From: Burkholderiales bacterium
GTDB taxonomy: Bacteria > Pseudomonadota > Gammaproteobacteria > Burkholderiales > Casimicrobiaceae
Assembly (NCBI GenBank): GCA_043757535.1
Contig: JAYVPF010000186.1
Coordinates: 1-60,162, forward strand
Reading direction: 5' to 3'
Length of the DNA stretch: 60,162 nucleotides
Shown here: one piece after another, positions 1-9,903 of the stretch
How positions within the stretch are numbered: the stretch's first letter is position 1
How the letters are laid out: each line of letters starts with the position of its first letter
Made by a program: the position numbers and the translations under genes
Notes under the pieces: model-generated
What the model saw: only the letters and a program-made list of their open reading frames with translations
The model's database searches: none
Told to the model about the DNA's origin: nothing

Positions 1-249
1 CGCATACCAGTTGCAGATGGCTTTGCGCAGGCGCGGAATGCCTTTGGACACGCTGTAGCCGTGGGTGTCGCCGCGCAGCGCGGTTTCGACCAGCTTGTCC
101 ACGATGTGCTTGGGCGTGGGGCCGTCCGGGTTGCCCATGCCGAAATCGATGATGTCTTCGCCTTTGCGGCGCGCAGCCATCTTCAGATCAGTGGTGATCG
201 CGAAAACGTACGGGGGAAGGCGCTTGATGCGCGAGAACTCGGTCTGCAT
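1..249 (-). CDS. alaC: alanine transaminase AlaC-type PLP aminotransferase, N-terminal part (runs off window start)
   Basis: Manual translation from ATG at 249: [50 protein letters not shown]...[14 protein letters not shown]; not in the ORF track because it is truncated. Confidence 0.88.
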   Translation of the reverse strand, partial: MQTEFSRIKRLPPYVFAITTDLKMAARRKGEDIIDFGMGNPDGPTPKHIVDKLVETALRGDTHGYSVSKGIPRLRKAICNWYA

Positions 250-418
250 TGTGCGGATTTACTCGCCGAAACGGCGGTCCTGGTGCGTGGAACAATTTAC
301 CCCTCCTCGATCCAACAGAATTCTGCAAGACGAAGGGGGCACCTGAGCTCATGATGTTAGCGGGGAATTCGATTTGCTGCAACGCAGCAGGGGGCGAAAG
401 CGCTGACATCAGAAGCAA

Positions 419-534
419 CAGCTTTTTACTGAACTCCTTATTTTATGGGGGCTAATTGGTATTTTTCGCATAAGTCGAGAATGAGCTGAATTAGCGCTTA
501 GCCCCTGATGAACGGTCATTTCATGCAAAAGCCG
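419..534. repeat. 116-bp dyad element, copy A
   Basis: CAGCTTTT...GGGGCTA-N20-TCGA(475-478)-N20-TAGCCCC...AAAAGCCG; same spacing as four other copies. Confidence 0.9.
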
Positions 535-612
535 TATCCGCAATTGTCATTTTTCAGCCTCGTCGATAATTCCATCTGCAGCAACAAATACAGCAGCAAA
601 GGAATCCCGATC

Positions 613-987
613 ATGGCCATGAAATTTCAGCGCGAAGCCACCAGCGAATTCGCAATCACGGGCTATACGGCCAATGCGATCAGCGTGGCGGGCGTTCCGT
701 ATGGGCACAGTTTGCGCGTGGCGCATGCCTCGGCGGCGGCTCCGTGGACGGTCACAACTTTCGCGGAAATTACGGCCACCACGCTCGCCGATGGTGCAAC
801 CGTCGGCGCTGAAATCGTACTCATTGGCACCGGCAAGAAGTTGCGCTTCCCGCCGTCCGACGCGCTCAAGCCCTTGCGTGACGCGCGAATCGGATTTGAG
901 GTGATGGATACGGCGGCCGCTTGCCGAACCTACAACGTGCTGCTCGGCGAGGGGCGACAGGTGGCAGCGTTGTTGTTGCTGGAGTAG
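613..987 (+). CDS. Mth938-like (DUF498) domain protein
   Basis: EIVLIGTG..LRFP and IGFEVMDTAAACRTYNVLLGEGRQVAALLL motifs; start at 613 or 619 rather than 508, which lies inside the repeat. Confidence 0.88.
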   Translation: MAMKFQREATSEFAITGYTANAISVAGVPYGHSLRVAHASAAAPWTVTTFAEITATTLADGATVGAEIVLIGTGKKLRFPPSDALKPLRDARIGFEVMDTAAACRTYNVLLGEGRQVAALLLLE

Positions 988-1018
988 TGGGCAGCGCGCG
1001 CACTTCTACAATGCCCGC

Positions 1019-1807
1019 ATGCTGCCTACCCTGATTTTCGACGTTGAATCCATCCCCGATGTCCCCGGAATTCGTCGCCTGCACGACTTGCCTGCGTCGC
1101 TTTCGGACAACGAGGTGGCGCTGTGGGCGTTTTCCCAGCAACGCCTGAAAAACGGCAGCGAATTCCTGCCGCATCATTTGCAGCGTGTGTGCGCCATTTC
1201 GTGCGCGTTTCGCGAAGGCGCAGACAAGCTCGCCATCTGGTCGCTCGGTGAAGCGACCGATGACGAAGCGACGATCATCCAGAAATTTTTTGAACTGATC
1301 GAGCGCCGAACACCGCAACTGGTGAGCTGGAACGGGGGTGGTTTTGACTTGCCCGTTCTGATGCAGCGTGGGCTCATCACTGGCGTCACCGCGTCGCGTT
1401 TTTTGGAGACCGGTGCCAATGATCGGGCCTTCAATTTCGATCATTATTTGAACCGCTACAAAGAGCGTCATCTTGACCTGATGGACTTCCTCGCGATGTA
1501 TCAGCCGCGCGCCAGTGCGCCGCTCGACACGATGGCGAAACTTGCCGGATTTCCCGGAAAATTAGGCATGGACGGCAGCCATGTCTGGCCCGCATTTCAA
1601 CGCGGTGAGATCGCGCACATTCGCTCGTATTGCGAGACCGACGTGGCGAACACGTATCTCCTCTTCCTGCGCTTTCTCGCGATGCGCGGCGATCTTGATC
1701 GCGCCGAATATGCGACCGAAATTGCGCTGCTGCGCGACAAGCTTTCCGCGCATGATGGCTCACACTGGAAAGAGTATCTGGCCGCGTGGCCCGTTGCATT
1801 GTCTTAG
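1019..1807 (+). CDS. PolB-related 3'-5' exonuclease
   Basis: DEDD motifs FDVES, SWNGGGFDLP, YCETDV. Confidence 0.88.
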   Translation: MLPTLIFDVESIPDVPGIRRLHDLPASLSDNEVALWAFSQQRLKNGSEFLPHHLQRVCAISCAFREGADKLAIWSLGEATDDEATIIQKFFELIERRTPQLVSWNGGGFDLPVLMQRGLITGVTASRFLETGANDRAFNFDHYLNRYKERHLDLMDFLAMYQPRASAPLDTMAKLAGFPGKLGMDGSHVWPAFQRGEIAHIRSYCETDVANTYLLFLRFLAMRGDLDRAEYATEIALLRDKLSAHDGSHWKEYLAAWPVALS

Positions 1808-1852
1808 CGCTGACGCACGCCACAACGAGCGCTTTCAAACACACGGCTGACT

Positions 1853-3172
1853 ATGAACTCACTTAACGAAACCCACGACGCAACCCTTCAATCCTTCATT
1901 GATAGCGCGAACGGTGGAGCGACCGACTTCCCGATTCAGAATCTGCCGTTCGCCGTGTTTCGACGCGCGGGCTCCAACGAGGTTTTCCGTGGCGGTGTTG
2001 CTATTGGCGATCGGGTGCTCGATCTCGCGGCGCCGAGCCTTGCCCCGGTGCTGAGCGGTGCCGCCGCTAACGGCTGTCTGGCGGCGGCGGAATCAACGTT
2101 GAATCGTTTCATGGCGATGGGCTTCGCGTCGTGGTCGGCGCTGCGCCTCGCGCTGTCACGGGCGCTGCGAGCAGGCTCAGCGCATGAGGCACAGGTACGA
2201 GCCTGCCTGATCGCGCAACGCGAGGTGGAATACGCCGTGCCCGCGCACATCGGCGACTACACCGACTTCTACACGTCGGTCTATCACGCCACCCATATCG
2301 GTCGTTTGTTCCGTCCGGACAATCCGCTGCTCCCGAACTACAAATGGGTGCCGATTGGCTATCACGGGCGCGCCTCATCCATCGCTGTGTCAGGCCAAAA
2401 TTTTCCGCGCCCGGTTGGGCAGATCATGCCGCTCGGGGCCACCGAGCCCGTGCTCGCGCCAAGCAAACGCATGGACTATGAGCTTGAGCTAGGCGCCTTC
2501 GTTGGACCAGGTAACGTGCTCGGCAGTCGGGTTAGTATCGACGAGGCAGAGTCGCATGTATTTGGCATTTGCCTGCTCAACGATTGGTCAGCGCGCGATT
2601 TGCAGGCGTGGGAATACCAGCCGCTCGGTCCCTTCCTCGCCAAGAATTTTGCGACCACAATTTCGCCCTGGATTGTGACGCTGGAGGCGCTCGCACCGTA
2701 TCGTGTCGCCTGGACGCGTGTGAAGGACGATCCGCAGCCTTTGTCGTATCTTGATTCAGCCGACAACCGCTCGCAGGGCGCGTTCGATATTCAACTCGAA
2801 GTGCTGATCGAAACGCCGCGTATGCGCGAGCTTGCGTTGCCGCCGCATCGCGTATGCCTGACCAGTTATCGCCATGCCTACTGGACGCTCGCGCAACTCA
2901 TTACTCACCACACGGTCAACGGCTGCAATCTTCAAGCAGGCGACCTGCTCGGCACCGGGACGCTGTCGGGCCCGACCGCCACCGAAGCGGGCGCATTGAT
3001 CGAGCTCACCGTCGGCGGCAAACATCCCGTGGCGCTGTCGAGCGGCGAGTCGCGCACTTTTCTGGACGACGGGGACGCCGTGATCCTGCGTGCGCATTGC
3101 GAAAAAGAAGGGGCGGCGCGGATCGGTTTCGGGCAGTGTTACGGGCGAATTGCGCCTGCAATTGCGCTGTAG
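1853..3172 (+). CDS. fahA: fumarylacetoacetase
   Basis: DFPIQNLPF, GDYTDFY, PIGYHGRASS, MDYELE, NDWSARDLQAWEYQPLGPF. Confidence 0.95.
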   Translation: MNSLNETHDATLQSFIDSANGGATDFPIQNLPFAVFRRAGSNEVFRGGVAIGDRVLDLAAPSLAPVLSGAAANGCLAAAESTLNRFMAMGFASWSALRLALSRALRAGSAHEAQVRACLIAQREVEYAVPAHIGDYTDFYTSVYHATHIGRLFRPDNPLLPNYKWVPIGYHGRASSIAVSGQNFPRPVGQIMPLGATEPVLAPSKRMDYELELGAFVGPGNVLGSRVSIDEAESHVFGICLLNDWSARDLQAWEYQPLGPFLAKNFATTISPWIVTLEALAPYRVAWTRVKDDPQPLSYLDSADNRSQGAFDIQLEVLIETPRMRELALPPHRVCLTSYRHAYWTLAQLITHHTVNGCNLQAGDLLGTGTLSGPTATEAGALIELTVGGKHPVALSSGESRTFLDDGDAVILRAHCEKEGAARIGFGQCYGRIAPAIAL

Positions 3173-3250
3173 GTTCAGGGGTTTTCGCTAGCGCGCGACC
3201 GCCCCGTTGGCGCTAGCATCGGTCGGGTTTTGTAATCAAAGGAGGCAGCA

Positions 3251-4285
3251 ATGAAATTGACGATTAAAGCGGCGGTACTGGCGACAGCGATTGCGCTGGG
3301 AGGCACCGCAGAAGCACAGGAAATCACGTTGAAAGTGTCACACTTTTGGGCACCGGGCGCGATGGCACCGACCAAAGTGATCGGGCCGTGGTGCGACAAG
3401 ATCAACAAGGAATCGGGCGGCAAGTTGAAGTGCCAGATTTTCCCGGCCATGCAACTCGGTGGCACGCCTGCGCAACTATTTGATCAAGCTAAAGATGGCG
3501 TTGCCGATATCGTCTACACCTTGCCCGGATACACCGCAGGCCGCTTTCCGCTCATGGAAGCGTTCGAGCTGCCGTTTATGAACGAGAACGCTGAGGCCTC
3601 GTCACAAGCGGTTTGGGAGTATTACCTGACCACGCCCGCGGTGCAAAAGGAATTCACGGGCGTCAAGCCACTCATGTTTCACACCCATGACGAGGGCTAC
3701 GTTCACACAAAAGACAAGCAGATCAAGACGCTCGCGGACTTCAAAGGTTTGAAGATGCGCGCGCCAACGCGCCAGACCAACAAGCTGCTTTCGAAATTGG
3801 GCGCAACTCCGGTATCGATGCCACTGCCTGCCATTCCCGATGCCGTGAGCAAAGGCGTGATCGACGGTTTCATGTTGCCGTGGGAAGTCATCCCTAGCGT
3901 GAAGCTGCATGAGATGGTGAAGTTCCACTCGGAGACAGACCCGAAGGAGCGCGCGCTCTACAGTGCCATTTTCATCATGGCGATGAACCCGGCGAAGTAC
4001 GATTCGCTGCCTGCTGATCTGAAAAAGGTTATCGACAATAATTCAGGCGCAGCGCTGGTCAAGCAGACGGGCAAGACGTGGGACGAATCCGCGGCACCGG
4101 GGCGCAAGGCGGCGGAGGATCGAAAAAATACTTTCTACATGATCCCAGCAAGCGAGCTGGCGAATTGGCGCACGGCGTCGGCGAGTTTGTATGACGAGTG
4201 GGTAGCCGAGGCGACCGCGAAAGGCAATGATGGCAAGGCGCTGCTGGCGAAGGCGCAGGGGTTGATCAAGAAGTACGAGAAGTAG
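3251..4285 (+). CDS. dctP: TRAP transporter substrate-binding protein
   Basis: Signal peptide, FPAMQLGG, YTAGRFP, DFKGLKMRAP; followed by small and large permeases. Confidence 0.92.
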   Translation: MKLTIKAAVLATAIALGGTAEAQEITLKVSHFWAPGAMAPTKVIGPWCDKINKESGGKLKCQIFPAMQLGGTPAQLFDQAKDGVADIVYTLPGYTAGRFPLMEAFELPFMNENAEASSQAVWEYYLTTPAVQKEFTGVKPLMFHTHDEGYVHTKDKQIKTLADFKGLKMRAPTRQTNKLLSKLGATPVSMPLPAIPDAVSKGVIDGFMLPWEVIPSVKLHEMVKFHSETDPKERALYSAIFIMAMNPAKYDSLPADLKKVIDNNSGAALVKQTGKTWDESAAPGRKAAEDRKNTFYMIPASELANWRTASASLYDEWVAEATAKGNDGKALLAKAQGLIKKYEK

Positions 4286-4296
4286 GACGTCAGGCT

Positions 4297-4412
4297 CCCT
4301 CCCCCTTGGTGGGGGAGGGTTGGGGAGAGGGGGCAGGTGGCTCTATGCGTCAACGTTGAACCCCGTCCCACCATCACCCTCTCCCTAACCCTCTCCCCTC
4401 AAGGGAGAGGGG
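4297..4412. repeat. CCCTCTCCC/GGGAGAGGG palindromic repeat doublet (intergenic)
   Basis: CCCTCCCCCTTGGTGGGGGAGGGTTGGGGAGAGGG ... CCCTCTCCCTAACCCTCTCCCCTCAAGGGAGAGGGG. Confidence 0.85.
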
Positions 4413-4455
4413 ATAGAACCACGCTCCACACAAAAATAATCAGCCGAGGAACTAT

Positions 4456-4965
4456 TTGAACTGGACACGCTGGGTTGAGCGAATATCGCTCTGGTTTGCT
4501 TTTGTCGGGGGCGTGATGTTGATGGGTCTCGCCTTGATGACTGTTGTCTCGGTGATTGGCCGCGCGGCATACGGCCAACCGGTACCGGGTGACATTGAGA
4601 TCACACAATACGTGATCGCTGTCGCAATCTCGGCATTCTTTCCGTACTGCCTGTTCTCTGGTGGCAATCTGATCGTGGATTTTTTTACAGCTAAAGCAAG
4701 CGAGCGCACGCGGCGAGTTTTGGATGCCATCGGCGCTCTCACACTCGCTTTCGCCATGGGGCTCTTCGCATGGCGCACCGTTGTTGGCACGATTTCTGTA
4801 AAAAGCTCGGGCGAAACTTCGATGGTGATCAGCATGCCGCTGTGGTGGACTTATGCTTTGATGGCTCCGTGCTTTGTGCTCGCTACGGTCGCCGCAATGG
4901 CGCTCGCAACGAAGATTTTGCGCGGCGAAACTGACGACGAATCAGCAGATCGGGTGCAACCATGA
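4456..4965 (+). CDS. dctQ: TRAP transporter small permease
   Basis: Four hydrophobic segments, PVPGDIEI and NLIVDFF motifs; TTG start with GAGGA upstream. Confidence 0.88.
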   Translation: MNWTRWVERISLWFAFVGGVMLMGLALMTVVSVIGRAAYGQPVPGDIEITQYVIAVAISAFFPYCLFSGGNLIVDFFTAKASERTRRVLDAIGALTLAFAMGLFAWRTVVGTISVKSSGETSMVISMPLWWTYALMAPCFVLATVAAMALATKILRGETDDESADRVQP

Positions 4966-6287
4966 CGACACCCATGTTGATCGGACTTGGGCTCCTGGTC
5001 CTGATGATGTTGTTGATGGTTGTTCGTGTGCCCATCGCCGCGACCATGTTGATTCCTGGCTTCATCGGCTATTGGTTGCTCGCCTCGCCAGAGGCGCTGC
5101 TCGCGCACCTCAAAGGCGTGGCGTTCGCGCGTTTGTCGGTGTATGACCTCTCTGTGATTCCGTTGTTTTTGTTGATGGGATATTTCGCAACGCAGGGCGG
5201 TTTGTCGCGCGACTTGTTTCGCGCGGCGAACGCCATGATCGGGCACGTCAAGGGCGGCATGGCAATGGCGGCGGTACTGGCCTGCGCGATGTTCGGCACG
5301 GTGTGTGGCTCATCGGTCGCAACGGCGGCGACAATTGGACAAGTTGCCATTCCTGAGATGAAACGCCTGGGTTACAGCGGCCGAATTTACACAGCCACGC
5401 TTGCGGCTGGCGGCACGCTGGGCATCCTGATTCCACCGTCTGTCATCCTGATCGTCTACGGCATTCTGACCGAGCAGAACATTGCAAAATTGTTCGCTGC
5501 CGCGATCATCCCCGGCATCATCGCGACCATTGGCTACCTGTTCGCCATCATGTGGTTTGCCCGTAAGCATCCTAAACATTGCCCACAAGCGCCTCGTCAA
5601 TCCAACGCTGATCGCCGCGCTGCGTTGAAGCCCGTGTGGCCCGTCCTAATCATCTTTATTGTCGTGTTTGGCGGCATTTACAGCGGCTTGTTTTCGCCTA
5701 CAGAGGCGGCATCGGTGGGCGCCCTCGCAACCTTCATCGCGGCCTTGGCTAAGGGCGAACTCACGATGAAGGGCGTACAGGAAAGTTTCCTCGGCACGGC
5801 GTCCAACACCGGCATGATCTTCCTGATTTTCCTCGGCGCTGACTTGCTGAATTCAGCGCTAGCGCTTTCGCAAATGCCCGCCCAGCTTGCTCAGTGGGTG
5901 TCTGCTTCGGGCGCATCGCCAGTATTCATCATCGTGCTGATTTTGTTGTTCTACATCATCCTCGGTGGCGTGATGGATGAGATGAGCATGATCCTGTTGA
6001 CGTTGCCCATCGTGTTCCCGATTGTGATCGGCCTTGATATTTACGGCATGGACGTGCAGAGTAAAGCCATCTGGTTTGGCATACTGATTTTGATGGTGGT
6101 GCAGATTGGTTTGATTGCGCCGCCAGTGGGACTTAACGTCTATGTGATCAACGGCATGGCCAAAGACGTGCCGATGGCGGAGAGCTACCGCGGCATCATG
6201 CCGTTTCTGGTGACGGACTTTATTCACACCGGGTTGTTGGTGGTGTTTCCGTCGCTTTCGCTGTGGCTGGTTAAATTCATGAATTAA
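4962..6287 (+). CDS. dctM: TRAP transporter large permease
   Basis: IPLFLLMG, GSSVATAA, GGTLGILIPPS, PPVGLN. Confidence 0.93.
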   Translation: MTTPMLIGLGLLVLMMLLMVVRVPIAATMLIPGFIGYWLLASPEALLAHLKGVAFARLSVYDLSVIPLFLLMGYFATQGGLSRDLFRAANAMIGHVKGGMAMAAVLACAMFGTVCGSSVATAATIGQVAIPEMKRLGYSGRIYTATLAAGGTLGILIPPSVILIVYGILTEQNIAKLFAAAIIPGIIATIGYLFAIMWFARKHPKHCPQAPRQSNADRRAALKPVWPVLIIFIVVFGGIYSGLFSPTEAASVGALATFIAALAKGELTMKGVQESFLGTASNTGMIFLIFLGADLLNSALALSQMPAQLAQWVSASGASPVFIIVLILLFYIILGGVMDEMSMILLTLPIVFPIVIGLDIYGMDVQSKAIWFGILILMVVQIGLIAPPVGLNVYVINGMAKDVPMAESYRGIMPFLVTDFIHTGLLVVFPSLSLWLVKFMN

Positions 6288-6297
6288 TCGCTGCACG

Positions 6298-6370
6298 GTA
6301 GTTGCGGCTTTGCCGCGAGTTCAGGCCAACTCTTAACTCTTAACTCTGGGCGCGGCAGAGCCGCTCCTAC
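6298..6370. repeat. GTAG-type REP doublet
   Basis: GTAGTTGCGGCTTTGCCGCGA ... CGCGGCAGAGCCGCTCCTAC. Confidence 0.75.
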
Positions 6371-6379
6371 ACAAAAATT

Positions 6380-7360
6380 ATGCCTACATTTCTACTGACC
6401 GATTTCGACGCGTCTCATTTCAACATCGAAGAAAAACTCTTCGCCGATGCGGGAATGAGTTTGGTCTTCGCGCAAGCAAAGACGGAAGACGATGTCATTC
6501 GCGCGGCGACCGAATGTAGTGCTGATGGTCTGTTAGTACAGTACGCACCCATCACGGATCGTGTACTCGCGGCGCTGCCCCGTGTCGGCATCTGCTCGCG
6601 CATCGGTGCGGGCTACGACACGATTGACCCGAAGGCCTGCGAAAAGCACGGCGTATGGCTCGCCAATTCACCCGACTACGGCGTCGGCGAAGTCGCGACG
6701 CATGCTCTAGCCCTCGCGCTCGACATCGTTCGCGGCACCACCTTTCACACGAATGACATCCGCGCCGGAAAGTGGCACTACGAATCAAACGGCAAGCGCC
6801 GCCGCGCTACCGAAATGACGCTCGGCATCGTCGGGCTCGGACGCATTGGTAAGCGCATGGCTCATGTGTCACGCAACATTTTCAAGCGCGTTATTGCCTA
6901 CGATCCGTACTTGATTGATGGTGACTTTCCGGCCTTTGTCGAGCGGGTGCGCGACCTGCATGAACTCTTCGCGCAAGCTGACGTGGTGTCGCCGCATGTG
7001 TTGCTCAACGACGAAACGCGCAGCATGATTAACGCAGGCTGTTTCGCTGTGATGAAGCCTGGCGGCTACATCGTCAACACATCGCGTGGCGCCGTCATCA
7101 ATATCCCCGACCTGCTCGCTGCGCTTGACAGCGGGCAGCTCGACTCGGCGGGTTTAGATGTGCTGCCGACCGAGCCCGCACGTCCGGGCGACGCGCTCAC
7201 CGAACATCCGCGCGTGGTGCTCACGCCACATTCCGCGTTCTATTCGGTCGAGAGCGAGATTGAGCTGCGCACGAAGGCAGCACGCAATTTGATTACGTGG
7301 GCGAAGACCGGGCGACCGGATTACCCCGTGGTTTACGGTAAAAGATCGATTCAACTTTAA
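6380..7360 (+). CDS. D-isomer-specific 2-hydroxyacid dehydrogenase (CtBP-like)
   Basis: GIVGLGRIG, VNTSRG, LDVLPTEP, TPHSAFYS. Confidence 0.9.
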   Translation: MPTFLLTDFDASHFNIEEKLFADAGMSLVFAQAKTEDDVIRAATECSADGLLVQYAPITDRVLAALPRVGICSRIGAGYDTIDPKACEKHGVWLANSPDYGVGEVATHALALALDIVRGTTFHTNDIRAGKWHYESNGKRRRATEMTLGIVGLGRIGKRMAHVSRNIFKRVIAYDPYLIDGDFPAFVERVRDLHELFAQADVVSPHVLLNDETRSMINAGCFAVMKPGGYIVNTSRGAVINIPDLLAALDSGQLDSAGLDVLPTEPARPGDALTEHPRVVLTPHSAFYSVESEIELRTKAARNLITWAKTGRPDYPVVYGKRSIQL

Positions 7361-7387
7361 CTCGCAACACCTACTGCGCCCCGCCTC

Positions 7388-8359
7388 ATGAAAGCTCTCG
7401 TTTGCAAACAATTCGGCCCGCTTGATGATCTGACCATAGAGGATTTACCAATCCCCGTGCCCGGCCCCGGCAAGGTAACGATCAACATCAAGGCGGCGTC
7501 ACTCAACTTCCCCGACGCGTTGACGGTGCAGGGTCTGTATCAGGTCAAACCGCCAACGCCGTTCGTGCCCGGTGCCGAGTTCGCTGGCGTCATTCACGCT
7601 GTGGGCGAAGGCGTAACCCATGTAGAAGTGGGCGACCGAGTCATCAGCACGGGGCGGGGTGGTTTCGCTGAATACGCCGAGGCCGATGCGCGCATCCTGA
7701 TGCCGATTCCGCCGTCCATGAGTTTCGAGCAGGCGGCCGCATTCGTGTTGACGTACGCCACTTCATATCACGCGTTAAAGGATGTCGGCAACCTGCTGCC
7801 TGGCGAGACGCTTCTCGTGCTGGGGGCCGCAGGGGGCGTGGGCACCACGGCCATCCAGCTGGCGAAGCTGATGGGCGCAAACGTGATCGCGGCTGCATCG
7901 TCCGACGAAAAACTGGCGTTGTGCAAATCACTAGGTGCTGATCATTGCGTCAACTATTCGAATGCCAATTGGCGCGATCAGGTCACGGCTATCGTAGGCA
8001 AAAAAGGCGTCGAGATGGTGTACGACGCCGTCGGTGGCCCCTACTCAGAGCCAGCGATTCGCTCGCTCGGATGGCGCGGACGATTCCTCGTTGTGGGCTT
8101 CGCGGCGGGCGAAATTCCAAAAATTCCACTGAACCTCGCGCTGTTAAAAGAGCGACAAATTCTCGGCGTTTACTGGGGTGACAGCACGGTCATCAACCCG
8201 AAGGGTCATTGGGCGAACATGCAGCAACTCGCGGCATGGTTCGAGAGCGGCAAGCTTGCGCCCAGCATCACCGAAACCGTGACGCTGGAAGGCACCAAGG
8301 ACGCGCTGAAACGATTGTCTTCGCGTCGGGCAATGGGCAAGATCGTGGTGAAGCTGTAG
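7388..8359 (+). CDS. NADPH:quinone oxidoreductase family protein (MDR)
   Basis: SLNFPDAL, PFVPGAE, LGAAGGVG, LVVGFAAG. Confidence 0.9.
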   Translation: MKALVCKQFGPLDDLTIEDLPIPVPGPGKVTINIKAASLNFPDALTVQGLYQVKPPTPFVPGAEFAGVIHAVGEGVTHVEVGDRVISTGRGGFAEYAEADARILMPIPPSMSFEQAAAFVLTYATSYHALKDVGNLLPGETLLVLGAAGGVGTTAIQLAKLMGANVIAAASSDEKLALCKSLGADHCVNYSNANWRDQVTAIVGKKGVEMVYDAVGGPYSEPAIRSLGWRGRFLVVGFAAGEIPKIPLNLALLKERQILGVYWGDSTVINPKGHWANMQQLAAWFESGKLAPSITETVTLEGTKDALKRLSSRRAMGKIVVKL

Positions 8360-8387
8360 CGGGCGTTTGGCCGCTCGGAATCGCATA

Positions 8388-8504
8388 CAGCTTCACGCTG
8401 TGATGACATTTCCAAAAGGGGCTATAGCTCATTTTTTCGACTAATCGACTTCTTTACTTATTTGAACGTAGCCCCAATTGGAACGTCATTTCAGCCCAAA
8501 GCTG
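8388..8504. repeat. 117-bp dyad element, copy B
   Basis: CAGCTT...GGGGCTA-N20-TCGA(8445-8448)-N20-TAGCCCC...AAAGCTG. Confidence 0.9.
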
Positions 8505-8519
8505 ATACCTGTGAAAAAC

Positions 8520-9131
8520 TCAATCGAGCATGCCCTGATGCTTGATGAAGGCGACGATTTCGTCGACGCCCTTGCCTACTTTGAGATTGGAAAAAATGAA
8601 CGGTTTCGCGCCCCGCATTTTTTTCGCGTCCTGCGCCATCACTTCCAGTGACGCCCCGACGTAGGGTGCGAGATCAATTTTGTTGATCACCAGCAGATCG
8701 CTTTTCATGATGCCGGGCCCCCCTTTGCGCGGGATTTTTTCGCCGGCTGCGACGTCAATCACGTAGATCGTCAAGTCCGAAAGCTCGGGGGAAAACGTCG
8801 CCGCCAGATTGTCGCCGCCGCTCTCAACGAAGATCATGTCGAGATCGGGGAAGCGCTTGTTCAGGCGATCTACGGCTTCGAGATTGATTGATGCATCCTC
8901 GCGAATGGCGGTGTGCGGACAACCGCCGGTTTCGACGCCGATGATGCGATCCGCGGCGAGCGCCGAGTGATCCACCAGAAACTGCGCGTCTTCTTTGGTG
9001 TAAATGTCGTTGGTGACGGCGGCGATGCTGTGCGTGTCGCGGAAACGCTGGCAGAGTTCCAATGTGAGCGCGGTCTTTCCGGAGCCGACGGGGCCGCCGA
9101 TGCCGACACGAAGCGGGCCGTGCGTGTTCAT
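8520..9131 (-). CDS. ureG: urease accessory GTPase
   Basis: [34 protein letters not shown]; start at MNTHGP (ORF-track extension runs into a REP). Confidence 0.96.
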   Translation of the reverse strand: MNTHGPLRVGIGGPVGSGKTALTLELCQRFRDTHSIAAVTNDIYTKEDAQFLVDHSALAADRIIGVETGGCPHTAIREDASINLEAVDRLNKRFPDLDMIFVESGGDNLAATFSPELSDLTIYVIDVAAGEKIPRKGGPGIMKSDLLVINKIDLAPYVGASLEVMAQDAKKMRGAKPFIFSNLKVGKGVDEIVAFIKHQGMLD

Positions 9132-9143
9132 AAACCTGCCCGT

Positions 9144-9208
9144 GTAGGAGCGGCTCCGCCGCGACCACCGCAAAAAATAAACGCAGGTCGCGGCAGAGCC
9201 GCTGCTAC
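9144..9208. repeat. GTAG-type REP doublet
   Basis: GTAGGAGCGGCTCCGCCGCGACC ... GGTCGCGGCAGAGCCGCTGCTAC. Confidence 0.85.
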
Positions 9209-9228
9209 AGGATCAATTGAAATTTGAA

Positions 9229-9903
9229 TCATGATCTAAACAATCGTGAATATTGAGTTTCGTGTTTCATCTGTGTGATCGCAAGCCACGGCGACGCGCT
9301 TGACCAATCGGTTTCATCCAGAAGCAGCGCTGAATCAACCGCAGCAGTCACAGCATCGCCAAGCGCGAACAACAATTTCTGCGCGGCAATCTGTCCCATC
9401 GGCAGCGCCTTCGCCATCACCATCACCTGATTTTCGGTAAAGCCGAAGACGTAGGCCAACAACCCGTCGCGTACGGACACGCCGCTGGCGACCGCTGCCA
9501 GCGCCGCACCGACGGGGGCGCACACGCGATCAAGCGACGCCAGATTCGCACGCTGAGAATCGGTCAGCGCTACCACTTCGCGGCACCACGCGGCGTAAGA
9601 GAATCCCACTTGCAGCGTCTCCGCACGCGGCTCGGCCGACTCACGCGAGGCGATGAATTCCGCATTGAGTCGCGCAACTTCTGGCGCATCGTCGCGCTGC
9701 CACGCGTCAAAAGCTGCGGCATAAATCGGCGCTTCAAAACGCGAAAGCACGAGCGACAAATGATCTTCGATCCAGCGCTGCGCAGTCGCGGAATTTGTGA
9801 CGTCAGCGCTTTCAATCGCCCATTCCAGCCCTTGCGAATAGCTATAGGCACCGACTGGCAGCGCGGGCGACGCGAGCTGTAGCAAACGTGGCAGTGAGCT
9901 CAT
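9229..9903 (-). CDS. ureF: urease accessory protein
   Basis: LQLASPALPVGAYSYSQGLE, C-terminal HETQYSRLFRS. Confidence 0.95.
   Translation of the reverse strand: MSSLPRLLQLASPALPVGAYSYSQGLEWAIESADVTNSATAQRWIEDHLSLVLSRFEAPIYAAAFDAWQRDDAPEVARLNAEFIASRESAEPRAETLQVGFSYAAWCREVVALTDSQRANLASLDRVCAPVGAALAAVASGVSVRDGLLAYVFGFTENQVMVMAKALPMGQIAAQKLLFALGDAVTAAVDSALLLDETDWSSASPWLAITQMKHETQYSRLFRS

Noticed and set aside
419-534. Dyad elements as CRISPR repeats, ERIC copies or terminators
   Set aside because: They are dispersed single copies with no spacer array, show no similarity to the ERIC sequence as I recall it, have unpaired centres, and two lie in divergent regions.
508-612. N-terminal extension of the Mth938-like ORF
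   Set aside because: Starts inside the dyad element; the domain begins at 613 or 619.
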